NCBI GenBank assembly: GCA_951406725.2
Contig: OX597839.1
Location: 3,038,001 to 3,102,000 of the forward strand
Reading direction: 5' to 3'
Source of the DNA: Octopus vulgaris
Lineage: Eukaryota
DNA: 64,000 nucleotides
Shown one piece after another: positions 41,944 to 56,862 of this stretch (its first letter is position 1; the number at the start of each line of letters is the position of its first letter). The notes under the pieces were generated by a model. It ran no database searches. It was given only the letters and a program-made list of their open reading frames with translations, and had not been told where the DNA came from. The position numbers were made by a program, and so were the translations under genes.

Positions 41944-42180
41944 ACAAAATTTAGAGGACTGACCACTAATATGCTAGAAATAGACGTCAAAATCCTCATT
42001 TTGCACGAAGAATGTGTTCTCAAGAAAAAAAACTAAGCATATTTTTACGCTTTATCTTTTTGCTGAATTTTTTCTTGAGACACATTCTTCGGGGAAATGG
42101 CGATTTTGACGTCTATTTCTAGCATACAGGCTATTAATGGTCAGTCCTCCACTATTAATGGTCAGTCCTCTAAATTTTGT
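41944..42180. repeat. Imperfect fold-back with a small internal duplication
   Basis: ACAAAATTTAGAGGACTGACCA..ATGCTAGAAATAGACGTCAAAATC versus its reverse complement at 42102-42180. Confidence 0.85.
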
Positions 42181-42265
42181 TTGTATGAAATTTTTAATCT
42201 TCGGATTTTTTTAAAATATGCTAGGCCGCTGGTTTTAATTGATTAATATCAATTTCTACCCTTAT

Positions 42266-42539
<274 letters not shown>

Positions 42540-43206
42540 ATATATCGGATGCAAATTGTATCGTTAACCTTCTAGAGTAAATGTTCCCTTGGAGTTAAAA
42601 AATCGCAGTAATGATTGTCTGTTCGTACGGAACAGCCATGTCGAAGTGGAGACATGTATGTATGTATGTATGTATGTATGTATGTATGTATGTATGTATG
42701 TATGTATGTATGTATGTATTACTTGGTACAGAGAGGAAAACAAAACACGAAGACTAGGTAAACAATCAAAAGTGAATACATTAGGTTTACGCTCAGGAAA
42801 AATCAGAAGCCTTTTATGTTTCGAGCATACGCTCTTCTACCGAAAGAATAGACAAAGTGGGAGGGAACAAAATAAAAAAGATAAGAGGAAAGAACAAACG
42901 TGTCTCAGGTAGACTGTCACACACACATAGAAACCGGCTCTTTTCTCTATTGGCAAGAAATCTTGAAATAATCAGAATAATGACATACATACTTACGTAC
43001 GTACATACATTCATTCATACATACATACATACATACATGCATACATACATACATACATACATACATACATGCATGCACGCATGCATGCATACATACATAA
43101 TACATACATACATAATACATACATAATACATACATACGTACGTACATACGTACATACATACATACATACATACATACATACATACATACATACATACATA
43201 CATACA

Positions 43207-43240
<34 letters not shown>

Positions 43241-43915
43241 AAAACAAGCGTTTCAGTAAATCTTTCAGATAATTTTTTTCTTATTACCTCCACTAACTCG
43301 GCTTCATTATTCTCAGACTCATAAACATCATATAATTATTTCTACACATTTCCTCTGCCTCTCTACAAATTAGCTTTCTGTTTTTTCTACTCTATCAAAT
43401 ACTTCTACCGCTACCTCATGACGTCATTTCCCAACCGCTTATACACTAATTAATTTCTCTCCACTCTTCATTTTTTTCTTTATCATATGACACCGACACC
43501 GTAAATCCCGCCGCACTATTGTAAAGATCTACATTCTATTCTCATTTATTTTCTTACTTGTATCACTTCTGATCTAGTAGTATCACTTCTGCTCTCCTTA
43601 TATGTCGCTTCCCGCTTACATGACTACCTATCTCACAAGCTGATCACTTTCACTATATATTAGATACACCTATCTAATCTAGTATTCTTTATAACATACA
43701 TTTGTTCTCTCTCTTTTACGACTTTCAGTACAGCTATTGTTTTCTCCTAGATATACCGAGGAAAGAAATCGACAAAATAAATTAATAAAAGTAAAATCGA
43801 AACATGTCTAAACTTCGCGCTGTTCTCATTTCGATGAAGGAGCGTAGTCCGAAAAGTTAAACATTCATTCTCTTCAGAGTAATACTAATAAATGTTAATG
43901 TTATTTGGCTACTAA

Positions 43916-44422
43916 AGCGGCGAGCTGGCAGAATCGTTGGTACGCTGGGCAAAAGGCTTAACTGCATTTCGTCTGTCTTTATGTCATCCTTTCGAATTCG
44001 ATAAAATGAGTAGCAATTGAGCAATGGGGTTGGTGTAATCGACTAAACCCCGACCCCGAAATTGATGACTATGTGCCAAAATTTGAAACCAATATTATTA
44101 CATTCCGTTGCCTTTGTTATTTAATTTGCTTCTGAAATATTCTCCTCGCTGATTCAGGCATCCATGAAATTCACAGATGTATCGTAGGTAGTGATAGCGA
44201 GCTGGCAGAAACGTTAGCACGCCGGGCGAAATGCGTAGCCGTATTTCGTCTGCTGTTACATTCTGAGTTCAAATTCCACCGAGGTCGACTTTGCCTTTCA
44301 TCCTTTCGGGGTCGATAAATTAAGTACCAGTTACGCACTGGGGTCGATCTAATCGACTTAATGCGTTTGTCTGTCCTTGTTTGTCCCCTCTATGTTTAGC
44401 TCCTTGTGGGTAATAAAGAAAC
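43916..44422 (+). mobile_element. Two SINE family 1 copies (43916-44095 older, 44195-44422 younger)
   Basis: Same head and central block. Further copies at about 880-1021, 4181-4570, 5234-5405, 5688-5850, 13870-14050(-) and 33670-33800(-). Confidence 0.85.
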
Positions 44423-44570
44423 AGATATAATTTTTCCCAACGACTTGGTGAAATAGCAACTTTGGGCTAATTCATCAAACGCATACTCATACACACATAC
44501 ACACAAACCAACACACACACACACACACGCATACACGCTTACACACACACACACACACACGCATACACGC

Positions 44571-44638
<68 letters not shown>

Positions 44639-45231
44639 ACAGACGCGCGCACGCCTTTTTGATCATTAGTCTATGGGATTTAAGTCTAAACATCAGCAGG
44701 CGTAGCAAGGTAGAACAAGCCTTAAGCAGATGTCACAGATATGGCAACCGGATAGAGTGCCTGAAACAGCATTATTTAGCGTCGTTGTTGTTGTTATTGC
44801 TGCTCTTGGTACTGTGTCTTCCCATTTAGTCCTGATTCCGCCAAGCCTCAACTGATCAAAGGCTTTCCTGCCGCAACTATCCCGCCTTTTATTAGAGTCT
44901 TGAATCCAGAATATCAGGGATGACATCTAACAATGCGTTTATCGTTTGTTATTGTTGCTGTTATTGCTGTAGTTTAGCGTTTTCTCTCGACCATGATCAA
45001 AGGCGTTCTAACGGTGTTCTTTACCGTGTCTTTATATCTCGATGATTACATTGCCAACAACGACAACAACACCGACAACAACAACAACAATAACAACAAC
45101 ACCGACAACAACAACAACAACAACAACAACACCGACAACAACAGCTGATTAATTATTGGATATTTGCTTCTAATGTCACATCAGCGTTCATGCACGCGAC
45201 ACAAGCAGACCAAATTATATTTCTCTGTCTC

Positions 45232-45272
<41 letters not shown>

Positions 45273-45403
45273 ACACACATACACATAAACACATAAACAG
45301 ACATACACATACATAAAGAGACAGATGTATATATACATAATTGTTGCATATATATATACATATATATACATATATATCTATACATATACATATATATATA
45401 TAC

Positions 45404-45499
<96 letters not shown>

Positions 45500-45554
45500 T
45501 ATACATATAACATCTATATCTGTCTATATACGTATATATCTATCCACCAACCGG

Positions 45555-45617
<63 letters not shown>

Positions 45618-46183
45618 GTCCATCTATCTATTTCTCTATCGATATACATATATTTACATACACATAGATATATATTAGTAATTTACGTCCTATTGTAAAT
45701 CAATGGCGAAAACAAAGAAGAAATTTGCCTGATAGGGCTTGGTGCCATTCTGTCTTCTAGCAGACAATACGGTCGCATTCTTCTTCTAATTGAATACTGT
45801 AATGTCCACCCCAGCCTCCACCCTTACCCACTTTCATTGGAACGGTAACAATATAAGTAGACATGTAAGTGTTATCGCACTATGGATATAATCCTGGGCC
45901 TTTCGGTGTTGGTAGCGGTAGTGGTTATTGAATAGGCAGCGTGGCTGTGTGGTAAGGAGCTTTCCAACCACCTGGTCCCGGTTTCATCTTTGCTGCGTGG
46001 CACCTAGGCTATCTGTCTACTTCAATCGCTTTGGGTCGACCAAAGTCTTCTGAGTGGATATATACATATATATAGATATATAGATATATATACTAGTATA
46101 TAATTACTGTCTATTCTTAAACATTTTTACAATCCCACGAATAATTTTATGATTTTGTTTTAAAATTCCAAATTCGTATATAT

Positions 46184-46269
46184 TCTCTGATGAAGGAAGT
46201 GTGGACTACTGAAATTCAGAAGGTTTTATCTACACACTTCTTCGTACATTCCCGGAAACGGCCGTAAGA
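46184..46269 (+). ncRNA. Type I hammerhead ribozyme, palindromic stem III ACGGCCGU
   Basis: UCU-CUGAUGA-AGGAA..UUCCCG-GAAAC-GGCC-GUA^AGA. The base of stem II is imperfect. Confidence 0.72.
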
Positions 46270-46402
46270 TTCTTTCTCTGTATTGGATTCATTTGAGGAC
46301 TTCACTTTTGGATTATTGTGAACTGTTATCTCATCAGCTGAGACGTCTTAATTTATCTATATGACTTTGATTTCGGCACGGAATTACACTTTTATATGTG
46401 TA

Positions 46403-46770
46403 CTAGCAGTATCGCCCGGCGTTGCTCGGGTTTGTTTCGACCCTTTAGAATTGGAATTTTTGAAAAGTAAAAATTTTGCATTATGTAGCTTGTTTCTGGT
46501 TGAAATACACCGTAAAATGGCGACACAACAGTTAAAAAATCGTAAAATATAGGGATTTTCATAGAAAAAAAGCACCTTTTGATGTAAATAATTTTTGGTG
46601 TTAACATGGTCCGATTTGAATTTTTTCTTCTACGGAAGGAAGAGCAAGCCTTCTTCTATCATACTCTCAATTTTGGTTAAGTTGCGCCGCAGGGTCTCGG
46701 AGGAGATAATCTTAGTTGAAGGTTACCAAACCTGCCATACACAGACAACTTCAGTTTATATATATAGAGA
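46403..46770 (-). mobile_element. Non-autonomous Helitron with the family-A 3' end and a different interior
   Basis: Minus strand reads A|TCTCTATATATATAAAC ... ACAAACCCGAGCAACGCCGGGCGATACTGCTAG|T. Confidence 0.88.
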
Positions 46771-47265
46771 TATATGTTTTTGTATGTTATGGGTTCGCAT
46801 GTTTAAAATGGCTTATAATCGCCCCCTGTGTTTAGATATGCATCGGCTTTGATGAGGAGTGTTATTGACCTTGGAACTTGTCTCTTTCAAATTGATACTA
46901 TGTATATGTAAATAATTTATTTTCCGATCGGTTTAAGGTTTACAATCATAGTACTAAAACAGCAGAGGTGTGACGGATTATCATGCAAATACATATAATC
47001 CATGCATCATATGAAGGAGACGAGTCCTCTATTGGTGTCCGACGCAATCCTATGTCGATATCGCAGGGTTAGCCTCACCTATTTGTCGTGTCATGCAAAC
47101 AACCAGTGTTTATAACAGAAATAGTGTACAGAGGATTAAATGTAGCAATTATCATTAATTGCCATTAACTTAATATTGATTATCTGCAGGATTCCTAATC
47201 AGGCAAATTTTGGCTGTCAAGCTGTGGGGAAACAGGTATTAACACGAAGATGCATGAATGCACAC

Positions 47266-47303
<38 letters not shown>

Positions 47304-47453
47304 ACACATACACACACACGCACACATATATACACACATACACACATATATACACACTCTCTTTCACCCACAAATATACAATATAATACAGAGACATAGC
47401 AAGAAATATATAATATGTATCATTTGTATCTGATTTATATATGAATAAGTATA

Positions 47454-47499
<46 letters not shown>

Positions 47500-47609
47500 T
47501 ATTTGAGGTGTATGTGACATTCACGGTGCGTCTGGTATTTCAGAACAAAACTTTTAAGAGCAATAAGCGACCCACACTTTAACTAAATATCCTCCACTTT
47601 TTTGTCGCC

Positions 47610-47812
47610 CCAACATGGAAGCTTTGAATGTATTGCAGACGATGTAAAAACATGGCGATCTCGTAATCTTAGCCGACAAACACAGAAATTTTGAAATTGC
47701 TACCTTATTAAATGTCGTAAGACCCTTTATGTCCAACATTAGAAAAGTGCTCCTGGTCTCTTGTAGGAATGTGTCTTCCATGGCTATAAAACAAAAATTC
47801 TCGATGATCCGG
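47610..47812 (+). pseudogene. Degenerate Tc1/maT-like transposase N-terminal remnant
   Basis: KHRNFEIATLLNVVRPFMSNIRKVL, an HTH-like segment with an in-frame stop upstream. Confidence 0.45.
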
Positions 47813-48347
47813 CATTGTTAGAGACGTCGTGTTTATAGTGAAAAATATAGTATGTGGTGATTGACGATATAAAGTCTATTTCTCAGCATATTGGCATAGA
47901 ATTTTTTCTTTTGCCCTTATTTATACTTGTATATATGTATATGTATACATATAACAAACATTTATGATGTAATATATATATTATTGTTTATATAATGCAT
48001 ATGCATGCATGTATGTCTCTCCCCCCTCTCTCTCTCTATATATATATATGTCTGTGTGTGTGTCTGTATGTATGTATGTATGTATGTATGTATGTATGTA
48101 TGTATGTATGTATGTATATATATGATTGACCGCTTGCCACTAAAGCTTTTTAATTCTCCTTCGCCATGATTGATCACTAAATCCACAAGTTTTTTTATTG
48201 TCTCTCTGTTTATTTTCTCGTATTCCTTTCAGGTAAAGAGCGTAGGCTCGAAATATAAAAGAATTCCTCACCTTCCCGAGCGTTAAAGTAATACACCTGT
48301 GTGTTGTTTACACACCTGTCTTCGTCTTTTGTTTTTTCGTAAATTCC

Positions 48348-48460
<113 letters not shown>

Positions 48461-48909
48461 GGAGTACAACTCCAAACTTACAGGGGAAAAATTCAATTTA
48501 GTATGAAATCAAATTTCACAATATAAATATATAAAATATATATTTACTTATTACATTATATTTAGCATTCATTTTATACTTTCTGAAAAAAAATTATTAT
48601 TATATATATTACTTCTTATTAATGTATTGGTTTATGTCTATCACTGAGTTGCATAATAGTGGTTTTATCTCTAATTTATATTTTATATATATATATATAT
48701 TATTTTTTACTTGTTTCAGCCATTAGACTGCGGTCATGCTGGTTGTATACACACACAACCTCCTACACACACACACACATGTATATATGAACAGGCACAA
48801 ATAATTCCGTCGTATATATTATAAAGCCGAAATTATTGTGTATACAGGAAATTATGCTCTGCCCACATGTACGAACATATATACTTACACCGATATCCAA
48901 ATGCATATG

Positions 48910-48997
<88 letters not shown>

Positions 48998-49462
48998 TCG
49001 TTTGGTTTCGTTTCGTTTCTTCTTCTTCTCTAAGCTGGTTTATATATATATATATATACATATATATATAAATATGTATATATATATACTTACATATGTA
49101 TATAATTGTATATATATATATATATATATATTGTATATATATATATATTTACACTTATTTACGCAGTTATTTAACTTGTTCTCCCTTCCAGGCTTGTTAA
49201 TAATTCCATTATTGTTCGCTCGTTTTATCACCCATTTTCTCTATATTGAAAACCTGAATGTCTTTGGTAAACTCAGTGGTTAATTCATTCCACCTTTTCC
49301 CCCGAGGATTTGGATGTGGGCGGAAAATCAAAAGTATGAAACAGTGCGCTCCATTAATCTTGCCGCGGTTAAGTAATTGTTTATTACATTACGGAAAGTG
49401 ATATGAGATTTGCGATCCAATGCTTTCGCCATACACAGACAGAACGATCATCATAGCACGAT

Positions 49463-49525
<63 letters not shown>

Positions 49526-49568
49526 CTATATATATTCATATATATAGAGTGAGACACACACACAGACA

Positions 49569-49609
<41 letters not shown>

Positions 49610-49702
49610 ACACATGCACACATAACACACACTTGTATATTATATACATCAAGAATCTTGCAAACCCAATACAAGAACGAAGTATATGTGTGTGTGTGTA
49701 TG

Positions 49703-49741
<39 letters not shown>

Positions 49742-49744
49742 ATG

Positions 49745-49839
<95 letters not shown>

Positions 49840-50614
49840 TTGTGTATGTATATATATATATAAATCTGCGTGTTCATGTATGTATATAAATATATATGTT
49901 TAACGAATAATACGTATATGAGTATATACATATTTGTGTGTGTCTGTGTGTGTGTGTGTGTGTGCGTACACACATCCACCTATATACGAAGAAAATGACT
50001 TGAAATTTATTTATTTTATTATTCCGTTGTCAACACAAACAGGATCTTTGTGTCGACTGTCAAATTATCTTATTTTCAAATACCATATCTGAAATATATA
50101 ATCCTTCATCGAAAATGCTCGACAATGTACATTTATCATTAGCTGGAATATATTTGATGAAAAAGCAGGCAAATCTCTCTCAAATTACATTCTATCGTTT
50201 AAAAAAAAGATGTACATGTCAAATAATACAGTCTTTGATATATAAGAAAAAAACCCAGGATGGTGTTTGATAGAATGTCGTTGGTGGTTGGCTGACAGCA
50301 AGGATTGTTGAGGGTCTGTCTATCAACTAAATACAACTGCTCAGCCGATGTAGCTGTAACTAGGTAACATCTGCTTGGGTCGTCGAGGGTGTTGTCTAAG
50401 TATTTACCCGTGGAGTATTAGTCTTCAGAGTGTAGGCCTACGTACACTTCAGTTGTTTCAGTCAGTGGATTGCGGCCATACTGGGGCACTACCGTGAAGT
50501 GTTTGGTCGGAGGGGTTGACTCCAGTACTTATTTAATTTTTTTTTAGTTAAAGATGGCGAGTAAGCAGAGTCGTTAGCACGCCGGACAAAATGCTTATCG
50601 GCATTTATTTCACC

Positions 50615-50847
50615 AAGGCGGCGAGCTGGCAGAAACGTTAGCACGCCGGGCGAAATTCGTAGCCGTATTTCGTCTGCTGTTACGTTCTGAGTTCAAATTC
50701 CGCCGAGGTTGACTTTGCCTTTCATCCTTTCGGAGTCGATAAATTAAGTACCAGTTACGCACTGGGGTCGATGTAATCGACTTAATCCGTTTGTCTGTCC
50801 TTGTTTGTCTCCTCTATGTTTAGCCCCTTGTGGGTAGTAAAGAAATA
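50615..50847 (+). mobile_element. Full-length tRNA-derived SINE family 1 nested in an older family 1 copy
   Basis: A-box/B-box-like head (GAGCTGGCAGAAACGTTAG, GAGTTCAAATTCC), central GCCTTTCATCCTTTCGGAGTCGATAAA block, 15-bp TSD GGCATTTATTTCACC. Confidence 0.92.
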
Positions 50848-51648
50848 GGCATTTATTTCACCTTTACGTTCTGAGCTCAAATTCCGTTGCAGCCCACTGT
50901 CTTTCATCCTTTCAGGGTTGATGAAATAAGCACCTGATAAGTCCTGGGGATAATATATTCGACCATCTGCCTTTTGCTTGTAGTTGAATGATTATCATAA
51001 TTTGGTTGGGCGTATGAACCCCAAAGCTTTCTTGTCATGATGCAAAAAAGTATTTTAAATGTATACATAAAGTATAAGTTCAATGATAGAAAAGTGAAAG
51101 AGGGAAAAGAATCTTCCTCGAATAAATCTAAAGGTAGAAAAATCCAAAACTTATAACAAAATCAAGAGCGAAAACCTCAAAACTGAGAGACTATATAGCA
51201 AACGACATTGATAAAGTAAAGAACACTAAAGTTCCCTGAAATGTCTCATTAGAATGGCAAAATTCCATAAAGGGAATAAGAATATTGGTATAAAAAAACG
51301 TAGCAAAGAATCAAATATAAAGTGTTGCAGCAACAAAAATGTAAAAGAAAAACAAAAGGAAAAAATAACAAAAAAGCTAGCTGGAGAAAAAGGCAAAGCT
51401 TTGATTTTTATTACAGAATAACTAGAAAGAAAATGTTAGTTGATATGCCAAGGAAGAACTGCGTTCGACAAGTTAACAAGAAACGGAATTGTTGCGTATG
51501 GTTGGGAATTGTCATTCGAAGAAAAACGGAAGCGAAGTTGCATAGAATTGAATGCACATTGACCACTACCTTGAGCGCCTGTGGATGGTCGTGTTCCTAA
51601 CAGCCATGCGCACGTGTGTATTTGTATGCATATTTATATATATATATA

Positions 51649-51710
51649 TTTTTTATTTATTTTTATTTTATCTAGTTTCAGCTCACGAGCTGTGGCCATG
51701 CTGGGGCACC

Positions 51711-51714
<4 letters not shown>
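51649..51714 (-). mobile_element. Extreme 5'-truncated LINE 3' end (~45 nt plus A-rich tail) in (TA)n
   Basis: Reverse complement reads ATGGCGGTGCCCCAGCATGGCCACAGCTCGTGAGCTGAAACTAG plus an (AATAA)-like tail, nearly identical to 32715-32758. Confidence 0.85.
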
Positions 51715-51742
<28 letters not shown>

Positions 51743-51813
51743 CTTACATACATATATGTATATGCATGTGTCTATATACATATTTACAAACATATACATA
51801 TACATACACATAC

Positions 51814-51858
<45 letters not shown>

Positions 51859-52922
51859 TACCCCCACACACACACATACATATATACATAATTAGAAACA
51901 CGAAGCATGGAATGTGCAAGCCTTTTTATTGCATTTATTTACAATTGTTTCATCTGGATTGAATCTCATGAATATTGCCATATTGTGCTATAATATATGT
52001 AAGGGCGCATGGCCTAGTAGTTAGGGTGTTGCATCCACGATCGTGGGGATCGTGGTTTCTATTCCTGGACAGAGTGGTGCGCTTTGTTCTTGAGCGAACA
52101 ACTTCATCTCGCTTTGCTCTACAATCGCTTCGATACCTGACGTGTAGTACACCGTGCACCTGCTCAGGCAAGGTCGATTTAATGGAGAGAGTGTGCTAAT
52201 GTATGGTACATATGATTGCCCGCTAGCCACTAAAGCTTTTTTGTTATTCTCTTTCTGTTTATTTTCTCGTGTTCCTTCCAGATAAAGAGCATAGGCTCGA
52301 AATGTAAAGTACTATAAACATATCATTTGCGCAGGTCGTTCACCAAGAAATTACGGAACTGCCTTTCTGGGACTACGAGAGACTACCATCATATATACAA
52401 CTATTGATTTTTGAGGTGTTATATAAACACTTGCCGAATTCAATTCTTTAGAATTATGTATGAAATTCAATTGATGTAGATATTTGAATTATAAATATTT
52501 TTTATCTGTATCTAGTCGGGCGTATTTATATGATTACATTTGCTTATTTCAGACAAAATAAAACGAAACAAACCACTGGTTTGGATTAAGCAGTCAAGAG
52601 GAAAGATGAATAGAAGACAAGAATAGAAGAAAATAAAAAGAAAATTGAGATGACAAATGAGTAAACTATTATCTTATGAACTCCATTGCTAAGGAAGCTA
52701 ATGAAGTTCATATGATAACTTATTCATTTATCATTTCATTTTCTTGTTACCGCTCTATATTTGTCTAACACCTCTTTCTAAAATATACGTATATTGAGTT
52801 CGACACCAGGTTATCAGTTTCGGAATGCCTAAACGAAATATTTAAACGTAAAAAAAAGAAAGAAAAAAGAAAGAAGCAGGAAAAGAAAAAAATGTTTTTG
52901 TTTTTAGACAATACACGTTATA

Positions 52923-53391
52923 TATTTCTTTACTACCCACAAGGGGCTAAACACAGAGGGGACAAACAAGGACAGACAAAGGGAATAAGTCGATTACATC
53001 GACTCCAGTGTGTAACTGGTACTTAATTTATCGACCCCGAAAGGATGAAAGGCAAAGTCGACCTCGGCAGAATTTGAACTCAGAACGTAGCAGCAGACGA
53101 AATACCGCTAAGCATTTCGCCCGGTGTGCTAACGTTTCTGCCAGGTCACCGCCTTATATATTTCTTTACTACCTACAAGGGGCCAAACACAGAGGGGACA
53201 AACAAGGACAGACAAAGGGAATAAGTCGATTACATCGACTCCAGTGTGTAACTGGTACTTAATTTATCGACCCCGAAAGAATGAAAGGTAAAGTCGACCT
53301 CGGCGGAATTTGAACTCGGAACGTAACGACATACGATTACGGCTACGCATTTCGCCCGGCGTGCTAATGTTTCTGCCAGCTCGCCGCCTTA
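52923..53391 (-). mobile_element. Head-to-tail dimer of SINE family 1
   Basis: Two full copies with one flanking TSD, AGACAATACA(C/A)GTTATA. Confidence 0.9.
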
Positions 53392-54002
53392 AGACAATAC
53401 AAGTTATAAGCTTGTTAACAGTTTCTATCTCAAAAAGAACTTTATAGAAATGTTCTTAAATTTTTTATTGCTCTTGATATATAAATGAATGTGTGTGTGT
53501 GTGTGTGTGTGTGTGTGATGTGCGTGGGTTGATGTGTATGTGTGTGTGCGTGTGAACGCAACAGTCACAATAAAGAAACTGGAGGATCTAACAAAATTGA
53601 TGGTGATGGATCGGCTTGAACACTTGACTCAAGCTACATATAAACAAGCAATTAAAAGATAATTATAATATGAATCACTCAGGCTAATTATTTAGAGACA
53701 GCTTCTACTCGAAAAAAAAAAAGTTAAATTAGTGTCAATATTTAATGCAAGAAACACGAAAAGATGCAATTTGAAATAACCAGTCGATAATTACTTTTTT
53801 AATATACAGTACTGAGAAAAATTACGCACGAGATTAATTATATCTTTTCACGAGTTGCGAGAAACTATGTTTAAAAAAAGGAAGAAAAATGACAATAAGT
53901 GAATAAACAAAAAAGCTTATCATTAAATAATTCACTGAAATAAATCTTATAATACAGTAAAAATGTAGCTATATGAATACGAATGGAGGACTCGACTCTG
54001 TC

Positions 54003-54054
<52 letters not shown>

Positions 54055-54077
54055 TGATGATGATGATGATGATGATG

Positions 54078-54123
<46 letters not shown>

Positions 54124-54187
54124 TAACGATAATAATAATAATAATAATAATGATAACGATAATAATAATAATAATAATTATAACGAC

Positions 54188-54246
<59 letters not shown>

Positions 54247-54250
54247 TAAT

Positions 54251-54283
<33 letters not shown>

Positions 54284-54308
54284 AATAATAATAATAATAA
54301 TAATAATA
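54003..54308. repeat. Compound (TAA)/(TGA)/(CAA) trinucleotide tract
   Basis: Direct reading. Similar tracts at 10865-10961, 33195-33312, 59880-60190 and 63268-63390. Confidence 0.97.
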
Positions 54309-54309
54309 T

Positions 54310-54945
54310 GATAAGCAAAATGAAATACTCTCTGAACCAACCATAATCACTAAGGCAGATGAAAATCAAATAGATGAAGAAAGTCACACAGAAATTGACC
54401 CAACTGAACTAAATGATCTAAAAATAAAATCATGATTGAATGGCGGAAAATTAAGGAAACCAGTATGAATGAACGTGACACTCTCCCAAAATTTCGCAAT
54501 TTTAACCAAAACCTGAAAATAATTGGTAAAATCCGCCTTGCACTTAAGGATATAATTTCAGCTACTGATGTTGATATTACAGATCTCAACCACCTGAACT
54601 ATGCATCCGCGAAAGTTTCAACGATTCTATGTGGTGAAAAGATTAGAAAACGACAAAATTCTCACAAAAAGCCTACTTGGAAGAGAAGAGTGTATTCAAC
54701 ACCAAATTCAGCTAATTATGTCGAACATAGAATATTTGAAAAACCTTATGTTTGACAAGACTATCAAACCAGCAAAAATACGAAAATTAACGGTGTGCTA
54801 AAGCTGCCCACATAGCAAGGTATGAAAAGTGCGTTAGATACTTCAAGGACAGCAACATGTTCAAAAATAACCCGAAAAATGTTTACAGGAAGATAGGGAA
54901 AAATACCAGTTACAGTAAAGTCTCTCCCATTAAAAGAAGTGCAGG

Positions 54946-54950
<5 letters not shown>
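54310..54950 (+). pseudogene. R4/Dong-type fossil (pre-RT region)
   Basis: ITDLNHLNYASA..KKPTWKRR and broken NMFKNNPKNVYRKIG..PLKEVQE. Follows (TAA)n at 54003-54308. Confidence 0.65.
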
Positions 54951-55008
<58 letters not shown>

Positions 55009-55013
55009 TGTAA

Positions 55014-55675
55014 TATAATATGTGACAATTATTCAGTTGCCATTATAAAACTCCAAGTTTCGGAAGTCGAGGCGGAAAGCTGCACCGGCATATTTTCAGT
55101 TATCGAGGCAATTAAAATATGCTATGAAAATGACCGTTAAATAAGGGAAAAAAACCGAAGGGGAGGTAGTAAGAAGTAAAGGAGCAAGAAAGCTCATAGC
55201 AATCATATGTGCGTACACGCGATTCTCATACACGCGATTGCTATGATCTTTCTTACTCCTTTACTTTTTACATCTTCCCCTTCGGTTTTTTTCCGTTATT
55301 TAACGGTCATTCTGACCGTTAAATAAGGGGAAAAAACCGAAGGGGAGGAAGTAAGGAGTAAAGGAGCAAGAAAGCTCATAGCAATCGTATGTGCGTACAC
55401 GCGATTCTCATACACGCGATTGCTATGATCTTTCTTACTCCTTTACTTTTTACTTCTTCCCCTTCGGTTTTTTTCCCGTTATTTAACGGTCATTCTGATA
55501 GATCTTTTGTCTTAATAACGGTCTTAATAACATAGTAATTTCCCTTTGTTTAACGGTCATTTTCATAGCATATTTTAATTGCCTCGATAACTGAAGAGAT
55601 GCCGGTGCAGCTTTCCGCCCCGACATCCGAAACTCGGTGTTTTATTATGGCAACTGAATAATTGTCACATATTAT
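55014..55675. repeat. Nested inverted repeat: outer ~125-bp arms enclosing two tandem ~183-bp palindromes
   Basis: Outer arms 55014-55140 and 55549-55675. Inner hairpins 55131-55312 and 55313-55495. Confidence 0.92.
55587..55645 (+). ncRNA. Type I hammerhead ribozyme in the right arm of a large inverted repeat
   Basis: AUAA-CUGAAGA-GAUGCCGG..CCGACAUC-C-GAAAC-UCGGU-GUU^UUAU. The mirror copy at 55045-55103(-) has core CUGAAAA. Confidence 0.75.
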
Positions 55676-55760
55676 ATGACAAATAAATTCCTCTACGTAA
55701 TATCGAGGTCTCTTTCATTCTTTTGTTATCTTACCATTACTATTTATATATGTATGTATG

Positions 55761-55816
<56 letters not shown>

Positions 55817-55878
55817 TACATATATATATACACATATATATATACATATATATATATCATATATATATATACATATAC

Positions 55879-55909
<31 letters not shown>

Positions 55910-55938
55910 CATATATACATATATATATACATATATAC

Positions 55939-55977
<39 letters not shown>

Positions 55978-56376
55978 TATGTATGTATATATATAGATGT
56001 ATGTATATATATATGTATATATTTATATATGTATATATATATATATATATATGTATGTATATATAAATGTATATATGAATATATTTATGTATGTATATAT
56101 ATGTATGTATATATGTCTTTGTGTGTCTTTTCTGTCGGTGTGTGAAGGCCTCCGTAACTCAGCGGTTCGGCAAAAAGACCGATAGAATAAATACTAGGCT
56201 TAAGGAATAAATCCTGGGTTCGAACTGTGCGACAAAAACTCTTGAAGGCGGTGCTCCAGTATGGCCGCAGTTAAATGACAGAAAAAATCACTGAAAGAAT
56301 ATATATACATATATACATATATCCATACATGCATACATACATACATACATACGCACACATATGTATATACATAGAC

Positions 56377-56443
<67 letters not shown>

Positions 56444-56744
56444 TAGTCATGTATAAAACTTGCTGGGAAAGCCTATTAGAAGCTGTCAAATTATGAACAA
56501 GCTTCATATTTTTTAATTATATAAAATATCGGTTAAAATACACTTTCAAGACTGCGAGAGAAAAGGGACAGATATGTACGCATACTTACACACGTACAAT
56601 TGAGAATACGCACGAACATGCTAGCATACATCCACACTCATGCACATTGACACACGCCCACAAAAAGACACACTAAAATAGACACACACACACATACCAA
56701 TGAATACATAGGTTTACAGCCAGAAAATAATCAATACAACCAAT

Positions 56745-56862
56745 GGCTTCTCTACCGGTGTTCATATAGTTGGAGAGATTTTTCTCTCTCTAGCATCAAA
56801 CATCTCATCACGGGTATTCCCCAAGGATCCGTCGTCTATACACTCCTGTACGTAATTTATTC
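56745..56862 (+). pseudogene. Tiny, very degenerate RT remnant
   Basis: ITGIPQGSVVYTLLYVIY resembles the RT GVPQGS motif. Confidence 0.4.
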
